A DNA stretch of 64,000 bases from Vulcanimicrobiota bacterium. Lineage in GTDB: Bacteria; Vulcanimicrobiota; Vulcanimicrobiia; Vulcanimicrobiales; Vulcanimicrobiaceae. This document shows positions 47,524 through 58,005 of this stretch, piece by piece. The stretch is from assembly GCA_963733295.1 (NCBI GenBank), contig CAVTCS010000005.1, positions 1-64,000 of the forward strand, read 5' to 3'. Numbering within the stretch: the first letter of the stretch is position 1; every line of letters begins with the position of its first letter. A program made the position numbers and the translations under genes. The notes beneath the pieces were generated by a model. That model was not told the DNA's origin. It made no database searches and worked only from the letters and a program-made list of their open reading frames with translations.

Positions 47524-50262
47524 GTGACTCCGCAGCGATTCGAGTTTATGCTTTCGTGCCTGTCCCAGGCGGGGCTGGCAATACTCCTCACGGCGCTCCC
47601 GTGGCTAGCGGCCCAGGCGGCGCAGACCCCGCCGAAGCGCCTGTTTCTCGTCCGCAGCTATGACGGAACGAAGAAATGTTTGGACTACGGCGCGCGACGG
47701 CGAATCGACGGTGCTCGCGCGCCGGTAGGCCCAACCGTGTTTCTCAACGACTGCGCGCACGCACATACGATCGAGGTTGTGGAAATCAACAGCCGGCACG
47801 ACGTCCGGATGTACGCCGGGACGCAAGTCATCGGGATTCATAACCCGCCGCAACAGACGACGCTTGGCGCTCCGCCGGCCCCGGCCCCGACGCACTTTAC
47901 GCTCGAATTGCAGAGCCCGGCGAATCCCGCCACCGTGCTCTTCGCAAACCAAGTCTTCGCTCTCGACGGCGACAGCATCATCCTTGAAAGTAGCCGGCCC
48001 TGCGCCAGTACGGACTCAACCCTGTGTCCCCCGCCTCCGCCGCAACTCGTGTTCCAAGTGTCAAATGGGAGCGGAATGAACGGGACGGCGATTGTCGTCG
48101 GGCCGCGCAGCCTGGCCGACTCGGAGTTCTGGAGATTCTTTGCGACCGACAAATCCGGCGCAGATCCGACTACCGGCTTCGCCCACGTAGCGACGAACTA
48201 CCAGCTTTGGAACGCCGTTTGCGCCTCACCGGCAGCGTCGGCCGCCGGTCCAGCCCTGAATTCGGACGGCACGCCGGCGGCCTGCACCGCATTGAACGCC
48301 GGCTGGAACAGCGTCATCGTGATCGCCAGCCCAGACGCTTGCAACCGCGTAACGGGTGACGTCCAAGACGTCGGTGCCTGCATCGACCTCAGCGCCTACG
48401 CACCCCTGCCGGTGGCGGCGGGCGTGACCTTGCGAGGCGACCGCGGCGGTACGAGTCTCGGCCCGCAGCTCTACGCCGCGTTCCACCAAGAGAAAGAATA
48501 CACGTCTCCGGCGATATCGAATGCGCCGGTTTGTGAATGGTGCATGCTCCAAATTCATGGCGACTACGTACGCGTCACCGGGCTACGCATGCGTGGGCAA
48601 AGTCGCACGACCAAGCAACTAACGGAACAAACGCAAGCGATCGACGTCGATTTTCCGTCGACCTACGTCGATCCGAAAAGCGGTTCGCTCGAACAGAACG
48701 GGTCCGCCTCCAGCACCGAATACATCGCCATCATCGACCACAACGATATCTCCGATTGGGAAAGCGCCGCCGTCGCCGTCAACGGCGGTCACCACGAATC
48801 GCTCACCTGTAAGGGCGTCGTCGACGACGACAGCAGACTGGACAACGTTCGCGTCGAGCGCAACTTTCTGCATAACAACGAACGCGACAGCGGGGGTTAC
48901 GGCACGGCGTTGAGCAACGGTGGGCGAGCGCGCGTCGCTGGCAACACGTATCTGCTGAACCGCCACGACCTCACGGCGGACGGGGAGTCGCATTCCGAAT
49001 ACCGAGGCTGGTACAACCTCGTGCTGTCGACGGCGCCGTACTACGGATACTACAATCAGGATTTCGACATGCACGGGACGGCCGACTCACCGCACTTTTA
49101 TGGTGGCCAAGGTGGCTACTACGTCGACATCTTTCAAAATACGTTTCTGCCCACAAATCAAACGAACTACGAATTGCGCGGCACGCCTTGCAAAGATAGC
49201 GACTTCCACTCCAACGTATCGTTGATGAGCAACTCGGCGACGACGCTAGCGGATCCGTCTGCGGTGAGCTTTAAGAATGACCGGTATCAGATCTTGCATC
49301 ACGTCTATCACATCAACATTTTCAACCAGCCCTTCGAATCGCAGAACCCAACCGATTTTATCAGCGCCTTGCGGGCTCCGGGCGCCGACTTCGACGGTGA
49401 CGGTTCCCCGGATCTCTTCCTCGCGACGGGCGCGGCCTGGTACTACTCACCGGGCGGGAATGGGGACTGGCGATTCCTCAGTGCGAAGACCGATACGTAC
49501 GATAACCTCCTGTTCGGCGACTTTGACGGCGATGGACGCACCGACGTCATCACGAAGCACGGAGGGGACGTGATGGTCTCGTGGGGCGGAACGTCGGACT
49601 GGCAGAAGCTCAACTCGACGAACGCCGCAATCACCGATCTAGCCGTGGGCGATTTCGACGGCGACGGCCGCTCCGACATCTTCTATGCCGATGGGAAGAA
49701 TTGGTACGTATCGTCCGGCGGTTCCGGCCCTTTCACGAACGTTAATACTTCCAGCTTTCGGGTGAAAGATGTGCTTTTTGGAGATTTTGACGGCGACGGG
49801 AAAACCGACGTCTTCGGAGTCGTGGCGGGCACGTGGAGTTATAGCAAAGGGGCGCGCGGCGCCTGGTCCGGCGGCTACTTGCGGCAGGCGCTAACGAGCA
49901 CCGTCGATCGTCTGGTCGCGGCAGATTTCGACGGCGACGGGCGTGCCGACATAGCGATGTGGTCGCAACCCCCCAACATCCACAACACCACAGACGGTCT
50001 GTACCACATCGTCAACTGGGACTGGAAGTTCTCGCACGACGGCGTCCAAGGCTGGACGTCACATCGAATCCTACCGAACGACCAATGCAGACTGAGTCTC
50101 GATCACTATCAAGTTTCAAACTGGCAAGTCGAAGTTCCGGCCGTTGGGCGTTTCAGCGGAAGGCGCGGAGCGGACATTTTGTTATGGAACGGCAACGAAT
50201 TCTGTATCGTTTCCGGAGAAGTGGGCGTTCCGCAACTCTTCAGCCGCCAAGACATGCGCTGA
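47524..50262 (+). CDS. Large secreted protein: lectin-like N terminus, parallel beta-helix, FG-GAP/VCBS repeats
   Basis: KCLDY..., IDHNDI, VERNFLHNN, five (G/A)DFDGDG..D repeats. Confidence 0.8.
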   Translation: MTPQRFEFMLSCLSQAGLAILLTALPWLAAQAAQTPPKRLFLVRSYDGTKKCLDYGARRRIDGARAPVGPTVFLNDCAHAHTIEVVEINSRHDVRMYAGTQVIGIHNPPQQTTLGAPPAPAPTHFTLELQSPANPATVLFANQVFALDGDSIILESSRPCASTDSTLCPPPPPQLVFQVSNGSGMNGTAIVVGPRSLADSEFWRFFATDKSGADPTTGFAHVATNYQLWNAVCASPAASAAGPALNSDGTPAACTALNAGWNSVIVIASPDACNRVTGDVQDVGACIDLSAYAPLPVAAGVTLRGDRGGTSLGPQLYAAFHQEKEYTSPAISNAPVCEWCMLQIHGDYVRVTGLRMRGQSRTTKQLTEQTQAIDVDFPSTYVDPKSGSLEQNGSASSTEYIAIIDHNDISDWESAAVAVNGGHHESLTCKGVVDDDSRLDNVRVERNFLHNNERDSGGYGTALSNGGRARVAGNTYLLNRHDLTADGESHSEYRGWYNLVLSTAPYYGYYNQDFDMHGTADSPHFYGGQGGYYVDIFQNTFLPTNQTNYELRGTPCKDSDFHSNVSLMSNSATTLADPSAVSFKNDRYQILHHVYHINIFNQPFESQNPTDFISALRAPGADFDGDGSPDLFLATGAAWYYSPGGNGDWRFLSAKTDTYDNLLFGDFDGDGRTDVITKHGGDVMVSWGGTSDWQKLNSTNAAITDLAVGDFDGDGRSDIFYADGKNWYVSSGGSGPFTNVNTSSFRVKDVLFGDFDGDGKTDVFGVVAGTWSYSKGARGAWSGGYLRQALTSTVDRLVAADFDGDGRADIAMWSQPPNIHNTTDGLYHIVNWDWKFSHDGVQGWTSHRILPNDQCRLSLDHYQVSNWQVEVPAVGRFSGRRGADILLWNGNEFCIVSGEVGVPQLFSRQDMR

Positions 50263-50266
50263 TGCC

Positions 50267-51010
50267 GTGATACGCGGCGCGTTTCGGCACGGAGAGGTCG
50301 ATAGCGATGGCTTCCGGTTGCGCGGACACGCGGAGGTTTATCGCGTCGAGAGCTTCAGCGACGCCGTCTTCGCGCTCTCCGTCACGCTGCTCGTCGTTTC
50401 GCTGGAGGTCCCGAGATCGTTCGACGATCTGCTTCGCTCGCTCAGCGGCTTCTTCGGCTTCGCGTTCGGCTTCGCAATCTTGGTCAACATTTGGTTCACG
50501 CAGAACAAGTTCTTTCGACGCTACGCCCTCCACGACCACAAGACGATCGTTTTGACCTCGATTCTGCTCTTCGTGGTCGTCCTGTTCACCTATCCGCTGA
50601 AATTCCTCAGCCGGCTAGTCGTGGTCGCTTCGAGCGACGCCGCGGCAGCGATTCGGACAGATCAGTTGTGGCAGATGTTCCTCGTGTACGGGATTGGGTA
50701 CTCGGCCGTATTCGTCGTATTCGCGCTCCTCTATCATCACGCGTGGACGCAGAGCGCAGCTTTGGAGTTGACGCCGAAGGAGCGCCTCCTCACGAAGCAA
50801 AGCGTTGCGATCATGTGCGGCCTCACCCTCGCTCCAATCGCCTCGATCGCAATCGCCCTGATGCTCCACTGGACCGGTTACGATGGCGCGATCCCGCTGG
50901 CCGCGGGTTTCATTTATCCCGTCGTCATTACCGCGGCGATCGGCGTCGTGAAGGCGCGCTCGCGCCGGCAGCTCGAAAACACTACCGCTAAAGGAGGATT
51001 GAAATGGTAA
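50267..51010 (+). CDS. TMEM175 (DUF1211) family potassium channel
   Basis: RVESFSDAVFALSVTLLV signature; 6 TM. Confidence 0.88.
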   Translation: MIRGAFRHGEVDSDGFRLRGHAEVYRVESFSDAVFALSVTLLVVSLEVPRSFDDLLRSLSGFFGFAFGFAILVNIWFTQNKFFRRYALHDHKTIVLTSILLFVVVLFTYPLKFLSRLVVVASSDAAAAIRTDQLWQMFLVYGIGYSAVFVVFALLYHHAWTQSAALELTPKERLLTKQSVAIMCGLTLAPIASIAIALMLHWTGYDGAIPLAAGFIYPVVITAAIGVVKARSRRQLENTTAKGGLKW

Positions 51011-51345
51011 CCGGCATCGACGTACTCGTCTACAACGTCAAAGATTTCGATCGGGCTTTGGGCTTCTATACGTCCCTCATGGGAGAACCATCCACGAAAG
51101 TGCCGGGGACGTGGGCGGAGTTCGATCTTGCGGACGGTTCGTCGTTCGCGATCGGCAAGCACGAGAATTTCCCGTGGCAACCCGGCTACAACGTCATGTT
51201 CGCCGTTCCCGACGTGCCCGCGGCGGTCAAATTGGTCCGTTCGCTCGGCGGCAAAGCCGGCGAACCCGATGAATCGCCGGTGTGTTTCATGTCGTTCGGT
51301 GAGGACACCGAAGGCAACCAATTGGTGCTGCACCGCCGCAAATAG
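51004..51345 (+). CDS. VOC/glyoxalase family protein
   Basis: VKDFDRALGFY, FAVPDV, DTEGNQL. Confidence 0.9.
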   Translation: MVTGIDVLVYNVKDFDRALGFYTSLMGEPSTKVPGTWAEFDLADGSSFAIGKHENFPWQPGYNVMFAVPDVPAAVKLVRSLGGKAGEPDESPVCFMSFGEDTEGNQLVLHRRK

Positions 51346-51357
51346 AGGCCGCGACAT

Positions 51358-51828
51358 TTGAAAACGCTCCTGGTGGTCGCCGGCGCGATAGCACTCGCCG
51401 GCTGCGCGGCGGCCGATCGCGGAAGCAAGCAGAACGCGTCGCGCGGGCCGGCCGATAACGAGTCAGCGCCATATATGATCGCTTCGCTCTGGGGTGTTCC
51501 GAAGTGTTCGAGATACGGTAGCGGTGAGCGCCTGATTTTAAAGAGCGGCAAACGGAAGGATCTCAAACCGGCGCTCGACTACTTTCTGCGCACTCACGAT
51601 CTGTCCGAATGCTGGTTCGTCGACATTTTCACCGACGAAAAGGCGCTTGCTGAATTCATCGTCGAGACATCGGCGTCCGCCGACAGCGCCTCCGACGCAG
51701 CGAAACAAATGCTCACCTCAAACTACCTGCAGTTTACCAATGACCCATCCTCACACGAACGATGGTACGGGATTCCGGTCCACCTGCCGAACGGCCGATG
51801 GGAGGACCAGATCACGAACCTGCGCTAG
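51358..51828 (+). CDS. Hypothetical lipoprotein
   Basis: LAGC lipobox. Confidence 0.6.
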   Translation: MKTLLVVAGAIALAGCAAADRGSKQNASRGPADNESAPYMIASLWGVPKCSRYGSGERLILKSGKRKDLKPALDYFLRTHDLSECWFVDIFTDEKALAEFIVETSASADSASDAAKQMLTSNYLQFTNDPSSHERWYGIPVHLPNGRWEDQITNLR

Positions 51829-52534
51829 GAATTGCGCTCTGCGCATTCGAGTGGAGTGCGATGCAGATGTAGAGGACGACCACGAGCGTCACGGTGCCAA
51901 GAAACGCCTCGGAGCGCAAGCCCCCAAGAACCGAAGCCGGTTGCGAACCCTTCGGCAACGCTTTTCCCGGAACGGGGAAAAACGACGGCACCGCTTTGAG
52001 GTAACGTGCGAAGGCCTCGCCGCGAACGCTCGCGAGAAACCGCTCCTCGACGCCGGCAAGATAGAAGCTGTACGCCGACATCGCGGCGACGAGAATGACA
52101 AGCACGGGCCAGGGGCCAAGCATCCCGATGCCGATCGCTTGCAACACGTTTCCCAGGTACAAGGGATTGCGCACGAAGCGGTACGGGCCCGAGACTCTCA
52201 ACTCGTCGGCCACCACGTCATGATGGTACACGATCGATCCCGGCAAGTAGCTCGCTGCCCAAACCCGCAATGCAAAACCGCCGGCCGTGAACGCAATCGC
52301 GGCTGCTGCAAGCCACGGCTCGAAGAGGCGAAACGCAGGTTGTAACGATTGGCCGAGTAGCCCGGCTATCGGATACCCGAAGAAGAAACTGAGCCAATAG
52401 ATGCCTCCGATGACGAACACTCGCCGGCGATAGAGCCACGGCGCCTTCTTGTCATCGGAAGTTTGCGTGCCCAATGCTGCGGGCTTCTGCGGCCGTCGAA
52501 GAAGTCCTAAGCCAGGTCCCCGTCTAATCTCCAT
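51812..52534 (-). CDS. Isoprenylcysteine carboxylmethyltransferase/PEMT family membrane protein
   Basis: LRVWA, SGPYRFVRNPLYLG, EERFL...Y...VP; start uncertain. Confidence 0.85.
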   Translation of the reverse strand: MEIRRGPGLGLLRRPQKPAALGTQTSDDKKAPWLYRRRVFVIGGIYWLSFFFGYPIAGLLGQSLQPAFRLFEPWLAAAAIAFTAGGFALRVWAASYLPGSIVYHHDVVADELRVSGPYRFVRNPLYLGNVLQAIGIGMLGPWPVLVILVAAMSAYSFYLAGVEERFLASVRGEAFARYLKAVPSFFPVPGKALPKGSQPASVLGGLRSEAFLGTVTLVVVLYICIALHSNAQSAIPSAGS

Positions 52535-52565
52535 CGATGCTCTTCCCCGCGCTTCGGGGCCGGCC

Positions 52566-54338
52566 GTGAATCGCCAACGAGCCTGGGTTATCGCGCTCAG
52601 CCTGATCGCCCTCATCATCTTCATGCCGGCCGCGAGCGACGGCTGGAGGCAGGGCGGCACCTTCGGCATGCGCATCGAACGCGCCGAGCCGCTCGTGCAG
52701 GCAGTGATCCCGAATTCACCGGCCGGTAAAGCAGGCATCCAAGCCGGCGACCGCATCGACGTCCGCGCGCTCGGCGCGACCGGTCATCTCGAACTGATGG
52801 CGCCGCACCCGGGCACGACGCTGACGTTGAGCGTCATGCACGACGGCGTTCCGCGGGTCGTCACGCTCACCGCAGTGGTCCGCAGCATCGCACCGCCCCT
52901 ACGCTGGCTGATCTTGGCCGAATTCCTATCGACGGCGGCCTTCATCGTCGTCGGCGCGTTGCTCGTGTTCTTACGTCCCGCGCCGATGACGTGGTGGCTC
53001 TGGCTCTTCTGCGTCGGCATCGTGCCGGTCAACGAATTGCTCGACTTCTACTCGTTCCTTCCCTTGTCGGTGTTCTACGTCGTGTGGCTGGTCGCGCGCG
53101 TGTTCCTCGGCGGGTTTAGCGCGTTTCCTCTGATGCCGTTCGTCCTGCGTTTCCCCGAAGACCGGATCATCGGCTGGCGTACCCGCGTGCGCATCCCGGC
53201 GATCCTCTTCACCGGAGTTTTGCTCGCCTACTACATCACGATTGCGTGGGTCGGGCTGTACGGCGGTCTCGACAACTACTCGCTCTTCAACGGCCTGCCC
53301 GCGCTCGGCGTCTACCTGTTCTCCGCGGCGCTCATGTTGCTGACGTATAGTCGCGCGCACGGCGCCGACAGACAGCGTTTGAAGTGGGTCGTCAACGGCA
53401 TGCTGATCGGCTTTTTGGCGCAGATCATCGTCTATTTGCCGGGTCCCGTGTGGCAGGCGCCGTTATGCGAATTGATTTCGATCGCGATGCCGATCAGCGT
53501 GGTGTATGCGGCCCTGCGTCAGCGTCTGATCGACGTAGATTTCGTCATCAATCGCGCGATCGTCTACGCACTCATGACCGCGCTGCTCATCGTGTTCGTG
53601 AGCATCATCGATTTCCTCACCTCGCACTTTATCTCCGAGTATCACCTAGCCCTGTACGCCGAAGCGGCCGCGACCATCGCCGTCGGGTTTGCGCTCGACC
53701 GTTTTCGCGGCGTGCTCGACCGTTTTACCGAAGGCATCTTTTTCAAAGCGCGTCACGAAGCGGAAGGGCAGCTGGGACGGGTCGCGCGTTCGCTCCAGTT
53801 CGTAACCCGTGAGGAGAGCGTCGACGAGGCTCTCGTCGACGAGCCGGTTCGCTGGCTCAATCTCGCATCGGCTGCACTGTTCGTGGTCGACGAAGGCCGC
53901 GGCACCTATTCGAGACGATACAGCGCCGGCTGGAGTGAAGGGCAGGTCGAGCGAGTTCTCGACGACGACGTCGTCGTTCGTTACCTGAAAACCGAGCGAA
54001 CCTCGCTCAACGCGAAGGAGGTCGCCTGGAAAGATGCCGTATTGCCGCGAGGCGCGGGCGCCCCGGTGCTCTACGTTCCGTTCTTTTGCCGCGAAGCTCT
54101 CTACGGCTTCGGCGTGTACGGCGCGCATAAAGACACGACGACGCTCGACCCCGCCGAGGCCGCGCTTCTGTCGGCCCTCGGCCCATCCGCAGGCATCGCC
54201 TTCGATCACATCACGTACGCGCTCATGCGCGAGCAGCTAGCGGCTGCCACGGAGCGCGCGAATCTCAACGAGAAACTTCTCGCTGCGTGGCTCGGTCGCG
54301 CACCGGCTCAAACGGGGGAACCGGCCGCTCCCGAATAG
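52566..54338 (+). CDS. PDZ + multi-TM + GAF-like membrane sensor with no output domain
   Basis: NSPAGKAGIQAGDRI (PDZ), ~9 TMs, YAALRQRLIDVDFVINRA, C-terminal GAF-like fold (YGAH...LDP.E..LL). Confidence 0.75.
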   Translation: MNRQRAWVIALSLIALIIFMPAASDGWRQGGTFGMRIERAEPLVQAVIPNSPAGKAGIQAGDRIDVRALGATGHLELMAPHPGTTLTLSVMHDGVPRVVTLTAVVRSIAPPLRWLILAEFLSTAAFIVVGALLVFLRPAPMTWWLWLFCVGIVPVNELLDFYSFLPLSVFYVVWLVARVFLGGFSAFPLMPFVLRFPEDRIIGWRTRVRIPAILFTGVLLAYYITIAWVGLYGGLDNYSLFNGLPALGVYLFSAALMLLTYSRAHGADRQRLKWVVNGMLIGFLAQIIVYLPGPVWQAPLCELISIAMPISVVYAALRQRLIDVDFVINRAIVYALMTALLIVFVSIIDFLTSHFISEYHLALYAEAAATIAVGFALDRFRGVLDRFTEGIFFKARHEAEGQLGRVARSLQFVTREESVDEALVDEPVRWLNLASAALFVVDEGRGTYSRRYSAGWSEGQVERVLDDDVVVRYLKTERTSLNAKEVAWKDAVLPRGAGAPVLYVPFFCREALYGFGVYGAHKDTTTLDPAEAALLSALGPSAGIAFDHITYALMREQLAAATERANLNEKLLAAWLGRAPAQTGEPAAPE

Positions 54339-54389
54339 GCCGGCGCACCCGCGCGGGTTCGTCCGAACCACGCACCGAAGCCCGCTTCT

Positions 54390-56366
54390 ATGCTCTTACG
54401 ATTTGTCGTGTGCGCCGCGCTGTTGGCGGCCTCAAGCGCCGTCGGAATATCGGCCCAACCCGTCGCCTCAGACGTTCGCGTGCGTAACTTCAATTCGGTT
54501 GCAATCTCGCCTGACGGCACGCGCCTCGTTTCGCTCGAGACTCCCGATGCGGGACCCGACTCTCCGAAAGAGCCGCAGCCGACGATCGTCATTCGCACGC
54601 TCGCAACGGGGCAGCGCTTCGCGATCGATTGTCCACCGAAAATTGACTGCATCCTCAGCAATCCGGTCTGGTCGCCGGACGGCGCACGTCTGGCATACCT
54701 GGAACACACGCTGAAGAGCAACGAGAGCAGGGTGTGGACGGTTGCCGCCGACGGATCGGACGCAAAACCGTGGCTGCGCGGCTACAAGGGACAGCTCGAG
54801 CGCCCGCTCTGGTCTTCCGACGGAAAGTCTCTCGCGTTGCTCGCGACTGCGAACGCGCACAAGAACATTGGGGCGACGCAACCCGGCGTCGCGCTCGTCG
54901 GCGACATCGCCGACGTCCGGGCGGCCGACGAGCAGCGCATCGCCGTCCTCGACGCCGGCGGGACGTTGCGCTACGCTTCACCGGCCGATCTGTTCGTGTA
55001 CGAATACGATTGGTTGCCGAGCGGTCGCGGCTTCGTCGCAACCGGTGCGCACGGCAACGGCGATAACAACTGGTGGGTTGCGAAACTGTACGCGATCGAT
55101 GCCGCCGGGACGGCCACCGCGATCTTCTCGCCACCGGAGCAAATCAACGCACCGAAGGTCTCTCCCGACGGCAAGACCGTCGCCTTCATCGCCGGTCTCA
55201 TGAGCGATTTCGGTTCGGTCGGCGGCGACATCTTGACCGTTCCCGTTTCGGGCGGCACCGCGAGCGACGTGACGCCCGGCATGGCGGCCTCCGCGGACTC
55301 CATATCGTGGGGCGGCCGGAACGACCGCATCACGTTCACGGCGCTCGCCGGCGATTTGGCTACGATCCAAACGGTCGATGTTGCGACGAAACATCTCGTG
55401 ACGCTGTGGTCCGCGCCCGAGACCATCGGCGGATATTACGCAAACGATAGCCTCCTGCGCGTCTCGTTCGCACGCGACGGCTCGACGAGCGCAATCATCC
55501 GGCAGAGCTTCGTACGGCCGCCGGAGATCTATGTGGGCCCGCTCGGCCGGTGGCACGCGGTAACGCACGACAACGACGCGATCCCCGCGCCCTTCAAAGC
55601 CCAAAGCGTCACTTGGACGAACGAGGGCTTTGGGGTGCAAGGCTGGCTGGTCGGGCCGCAAGACGTCGCAGCCGGAAAACTCTATCCCATGGTCGTCGAC
55701 ATCCACGGGGGACCGTCGGCCGCAGCGACGCCGAGGTTTCTCCCCCGCGGCGAGACGCGGGACATGCTCGAGCGCGGATACTTCGTTTTCTTCCCGAATC
55801 CGCGCGGCAGCTTCGGTCAGGGCGAACGCTTCACCGCCGCAAACGTCAGAGATTTCGGGTACGGCGACCTGCGCGACATCTTGACCGGCATCGATGCCGC
55901 CGAGAAGGTGGCGCCCATCGACGAGAAGCGACTCGCCGTCGGCGGTTTCAGTTACGGCGGCTACATGACGATGTGGGCCGTTACCCAAACGCACCGTTTC
56001 AAAGCGGCGTTTGCCGGAGCCGGCGTCGCGAACTGGCAGTCATACTACGGCCAAAACGGGATCGACCAGTGGATGATTCCGTTTTTCGGCGCCAGCGTCT
56101 ACGACGATCCCGCGATCTACGCGCGAAGCTCGCCGATCACGTTCATCAAAAACGTGAAGACGCCGACGTTCGTCTTCGTGGGAGAACGCGACGTCGAATG
56201 TCCGATGGCCCAGTCGCTCGAATTCTGGCACGCGCTCGACGCGCTCGGCGTCCCGGTCTCGTTCGTCGTCTATGCCGGCGAAGGTCACGGCATTCGTAAG
56301 CCCTCCGACCGGAAGGACTACGAGCGACGCATCATCGCCTGGCTCGACCGCTACCTCGCACCGTAG
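54390..56366 (+). CDS. S9 family prolyl oligopeptidase/acylaminoacyl peptidase
   Basis: WSPDG propeller repeats, IHGGP, GFSYGG, GERD, GEGH. Confidence 0.95.
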   Translation: MLLRFVVCAALLAASSAVGISAQPVASDVRVRNFNSVAISPDGTRLVSLETPDAGPDSPKEPQPTIVIRTLATGQRFAIDCPPKIDCILSNPVWSPDGARLAYLEHTLKSNESRVWTVAADGSDAKPWLRGYKGQLERPLWSSDGKSLALLATANAHKNIGATQPGVALVGDIADVRAADEQRIAVLDAGGTLRYASPADLFVYEYDWLPSGRGFVATGAHGNGDNNWWVAKLYAIDAAGTATAIFSPPEQINAPKVSPDGKTVAFIAGLMSDFGSVGGDILTVPVSGGTASDVTPGMAASADSISWGGRNDRITFTALAGDLATIQTVDVATKHLVTLWSAPETIGGYYANDSLLRVSFARDGSTSAIIRQSFVRPPEIYVGPLGRWHAVTHDNDAIPAPFKAQSVTWTNEGFGVQGWLVGPQDVAAGKLYPMVVDIHGGPSAAATPRFLPRGETRDMLERGYFVFFPNPRGSFGQGERFTAANVRDFGYGDLRDILTGIDAAEKVAPIDEKRLAVGGFSYGGYMTMWAVTQTHRFKAAFAGAGVANWQSYYGQNGIDQWMIPFFGASVYDDPAIYARSSPITFIKNVKTPTFVFVGERDVECPMAQSLEFWHALDALGVPVSFVVYAGEGHGIRKPSDRKDYERRIIAWLDRYLAP

Positions 56367-56389
56367 CCCGCCGCGAAGTTGCCGAGCGG

Positions 56390-57841
56390 TTAGCGCAGGT
56401 CTTTGAGGTGCCCCTCTTCATAAAGGAGGGCGATTCGCGGATCGTAGCGCGGGACGAGCGCGGCAGATTCCGGAGGCGACCACATCGTCAACACCGTCAT
56501 CTTCGCGTCCGCAAGCAATTCGGCGGCTTCCCGGGGTCTGCCGGCCGCGACGTAGACGGCGGCTAGCGAACTCGGAGCGACGAAGCGCCGCTCGGGAGAC
56601 ACGACGATGCGGTCGGCTTCCGCGATCGCCTCGGCGCGCCGGCCTTCCTTCGCACGACAGTAGGCGATCCACGTCCGAAGCTCGACCCGGTTGAAGTCTT
56701 TCGTCGACAAGTGCTTCAGGATATCGAGCGCCCGTGCGGGTTGACCGCTCTCCTCGAGCGCCATCGCCATGTGTAGCCGCGAGAGGCTGCTGGCCGGATA
56801 CAGCGTGAGCGTCTCCTGCAGCTGCGGAATCGCTTCGGCATAGTGACGCGAGTAGTAATAGGCCATGCCGAGCGATCGCGAGATGACGAACGAGGTGGGA
56901 TCGAGGCGCCGGGCTTCGCGTAGCTCGCTGATGCTCAGCGAGAAGTTGCCGTTGTAAAGCTCGAGCGCTCCCAGCCACATGTGAGCGGAAGCGTCGTTCG
57001 GATCGAGCGCGATCGCCGTTTCGAATTCGCGCGCCGCTGCCAGCGGACTATGCCCGTACCAGTCGAGCCAATTTCCGTAACTTATATGCGCCTGCGGACT
57101 CCCGGGCGCCAAGCGTAGCGCTTGCAACGCGTATTCGCGGCCGGCTTCGCTGTGTTTCTTGACGTCGTTCCTCGAATCGTCGAGACCCGCCATCCGAAGT
57201 TCGGCGTCGGCGACACCGGCGTAGCCGAGCGGACTCTGCGGTGCGAGACGCGTTACGTTCTGGAAAGCGGCGAGTGCGAGCGGCAGTTCCTTGAACGGTG
57301 GCTGGTCGAAATAGAAACGCGCTAAACGATACTCGCTCTGCGCGCGCGGCGGAAGCAACGAGACGGCACTCGCATTGGATGCATGGAGCGAGCGGTAGCC
57401 GAAATTTGCTCCCAAACCGAGCACTGCCACGAACCCCGCTGCAACCAGAACGCGCAGCGCTCGCGGGCCGCCGAACGCGACGCTGCGGGATCGCACCGAC
57501 GGCGCAATCTCCGGTTGCGGCGCAGCGATTCGATTGACTTCGCCGGCAAACCGGTAGCCGCGACGCGGAACGGTTATAATGAGATCGTGGGTTCCGAAAT
57601 CCGCGAAGACCTTCCGCAGCAAGTAGACCTGCTGGGCCAGATTGCCCTCTTGGACCGACTCACCGGGCCAGACCGTTTCGAGGATAAGGTCCTTGGTCAA
57701 CAGCTCGTCCGGGCGCTCGAGGAAAAGCTCGAGCACCTCGAGGGCCTTCGGCGTCAGCGCGACCTGCGTGCCACGGTGTACCAGCTGCTTGCGCAACGTG
57801 TCGTAGACGAACGAATCGAATACGACGTACCGTTCCTTCAT
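56390..57841 (-). CDS. CadC/ToxR-like winged-helix - TM - TPR regulator
   Basis: LTPKALEVL, TKD.ILETVWP, NLAQQVYLLRK, ITVPRRGYRF; TM; TPRs. Confidence 0.9.
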   Translation of the reverse strand: MKERYVVFDSFVYDTLRKQLVHRGTQVALTPKALEVLELFLERPDELLTKDLILETVWPGESVQEGNLAQQVYLLRKVFADFGTHDLIITVPRRGYRFAGEVNRIAAPQPEIAPSVRSRSVAFGGPRALRVLVAAGFVAVLGLGANFGYRSLHASNASAVSLLPPRAQSEYRLARFYFDQPPFKELPLALAAFQNVTRLAPQSPLGYAGVADAELRMAGLDDSRNDVKKHSEAGREYALQALRLAPGSPQAHISYGNWLDWYGHSPLAAAREFETAIALDPNDASAHMWLGALELYNGNFSLSISELREARRLDPTSFVISRSLGMAYYYSRHYAEAIPQLQETLTLYPASSLSRLHMAMALEESGQPARALDILKHLSTKDFNRVELRTWIAYCRAKEGRRAEAIAEADRIVVSPERRFVAPSSLAAVYVAAGRPREAAELLADAKMTVLTMWSPPESAALVPRYDPRIALLYEEGHLKDLR

Positions 57842-58005
57842 TTCCTGTATAGTACAGTAGCCGGGCCAGGAAGAAAAGAGAACAATTTGACAACTTTGAG
57901 AGCCCCGGCCGCCGGCCTGAGCTCCCTGTGAGTGTTTTGAAGATTTGTGAGAACTCGCTCGGATAGAATCGCCCGGAAAATCGCCGGCTCGGAGGGCTTC
58001 CCATC

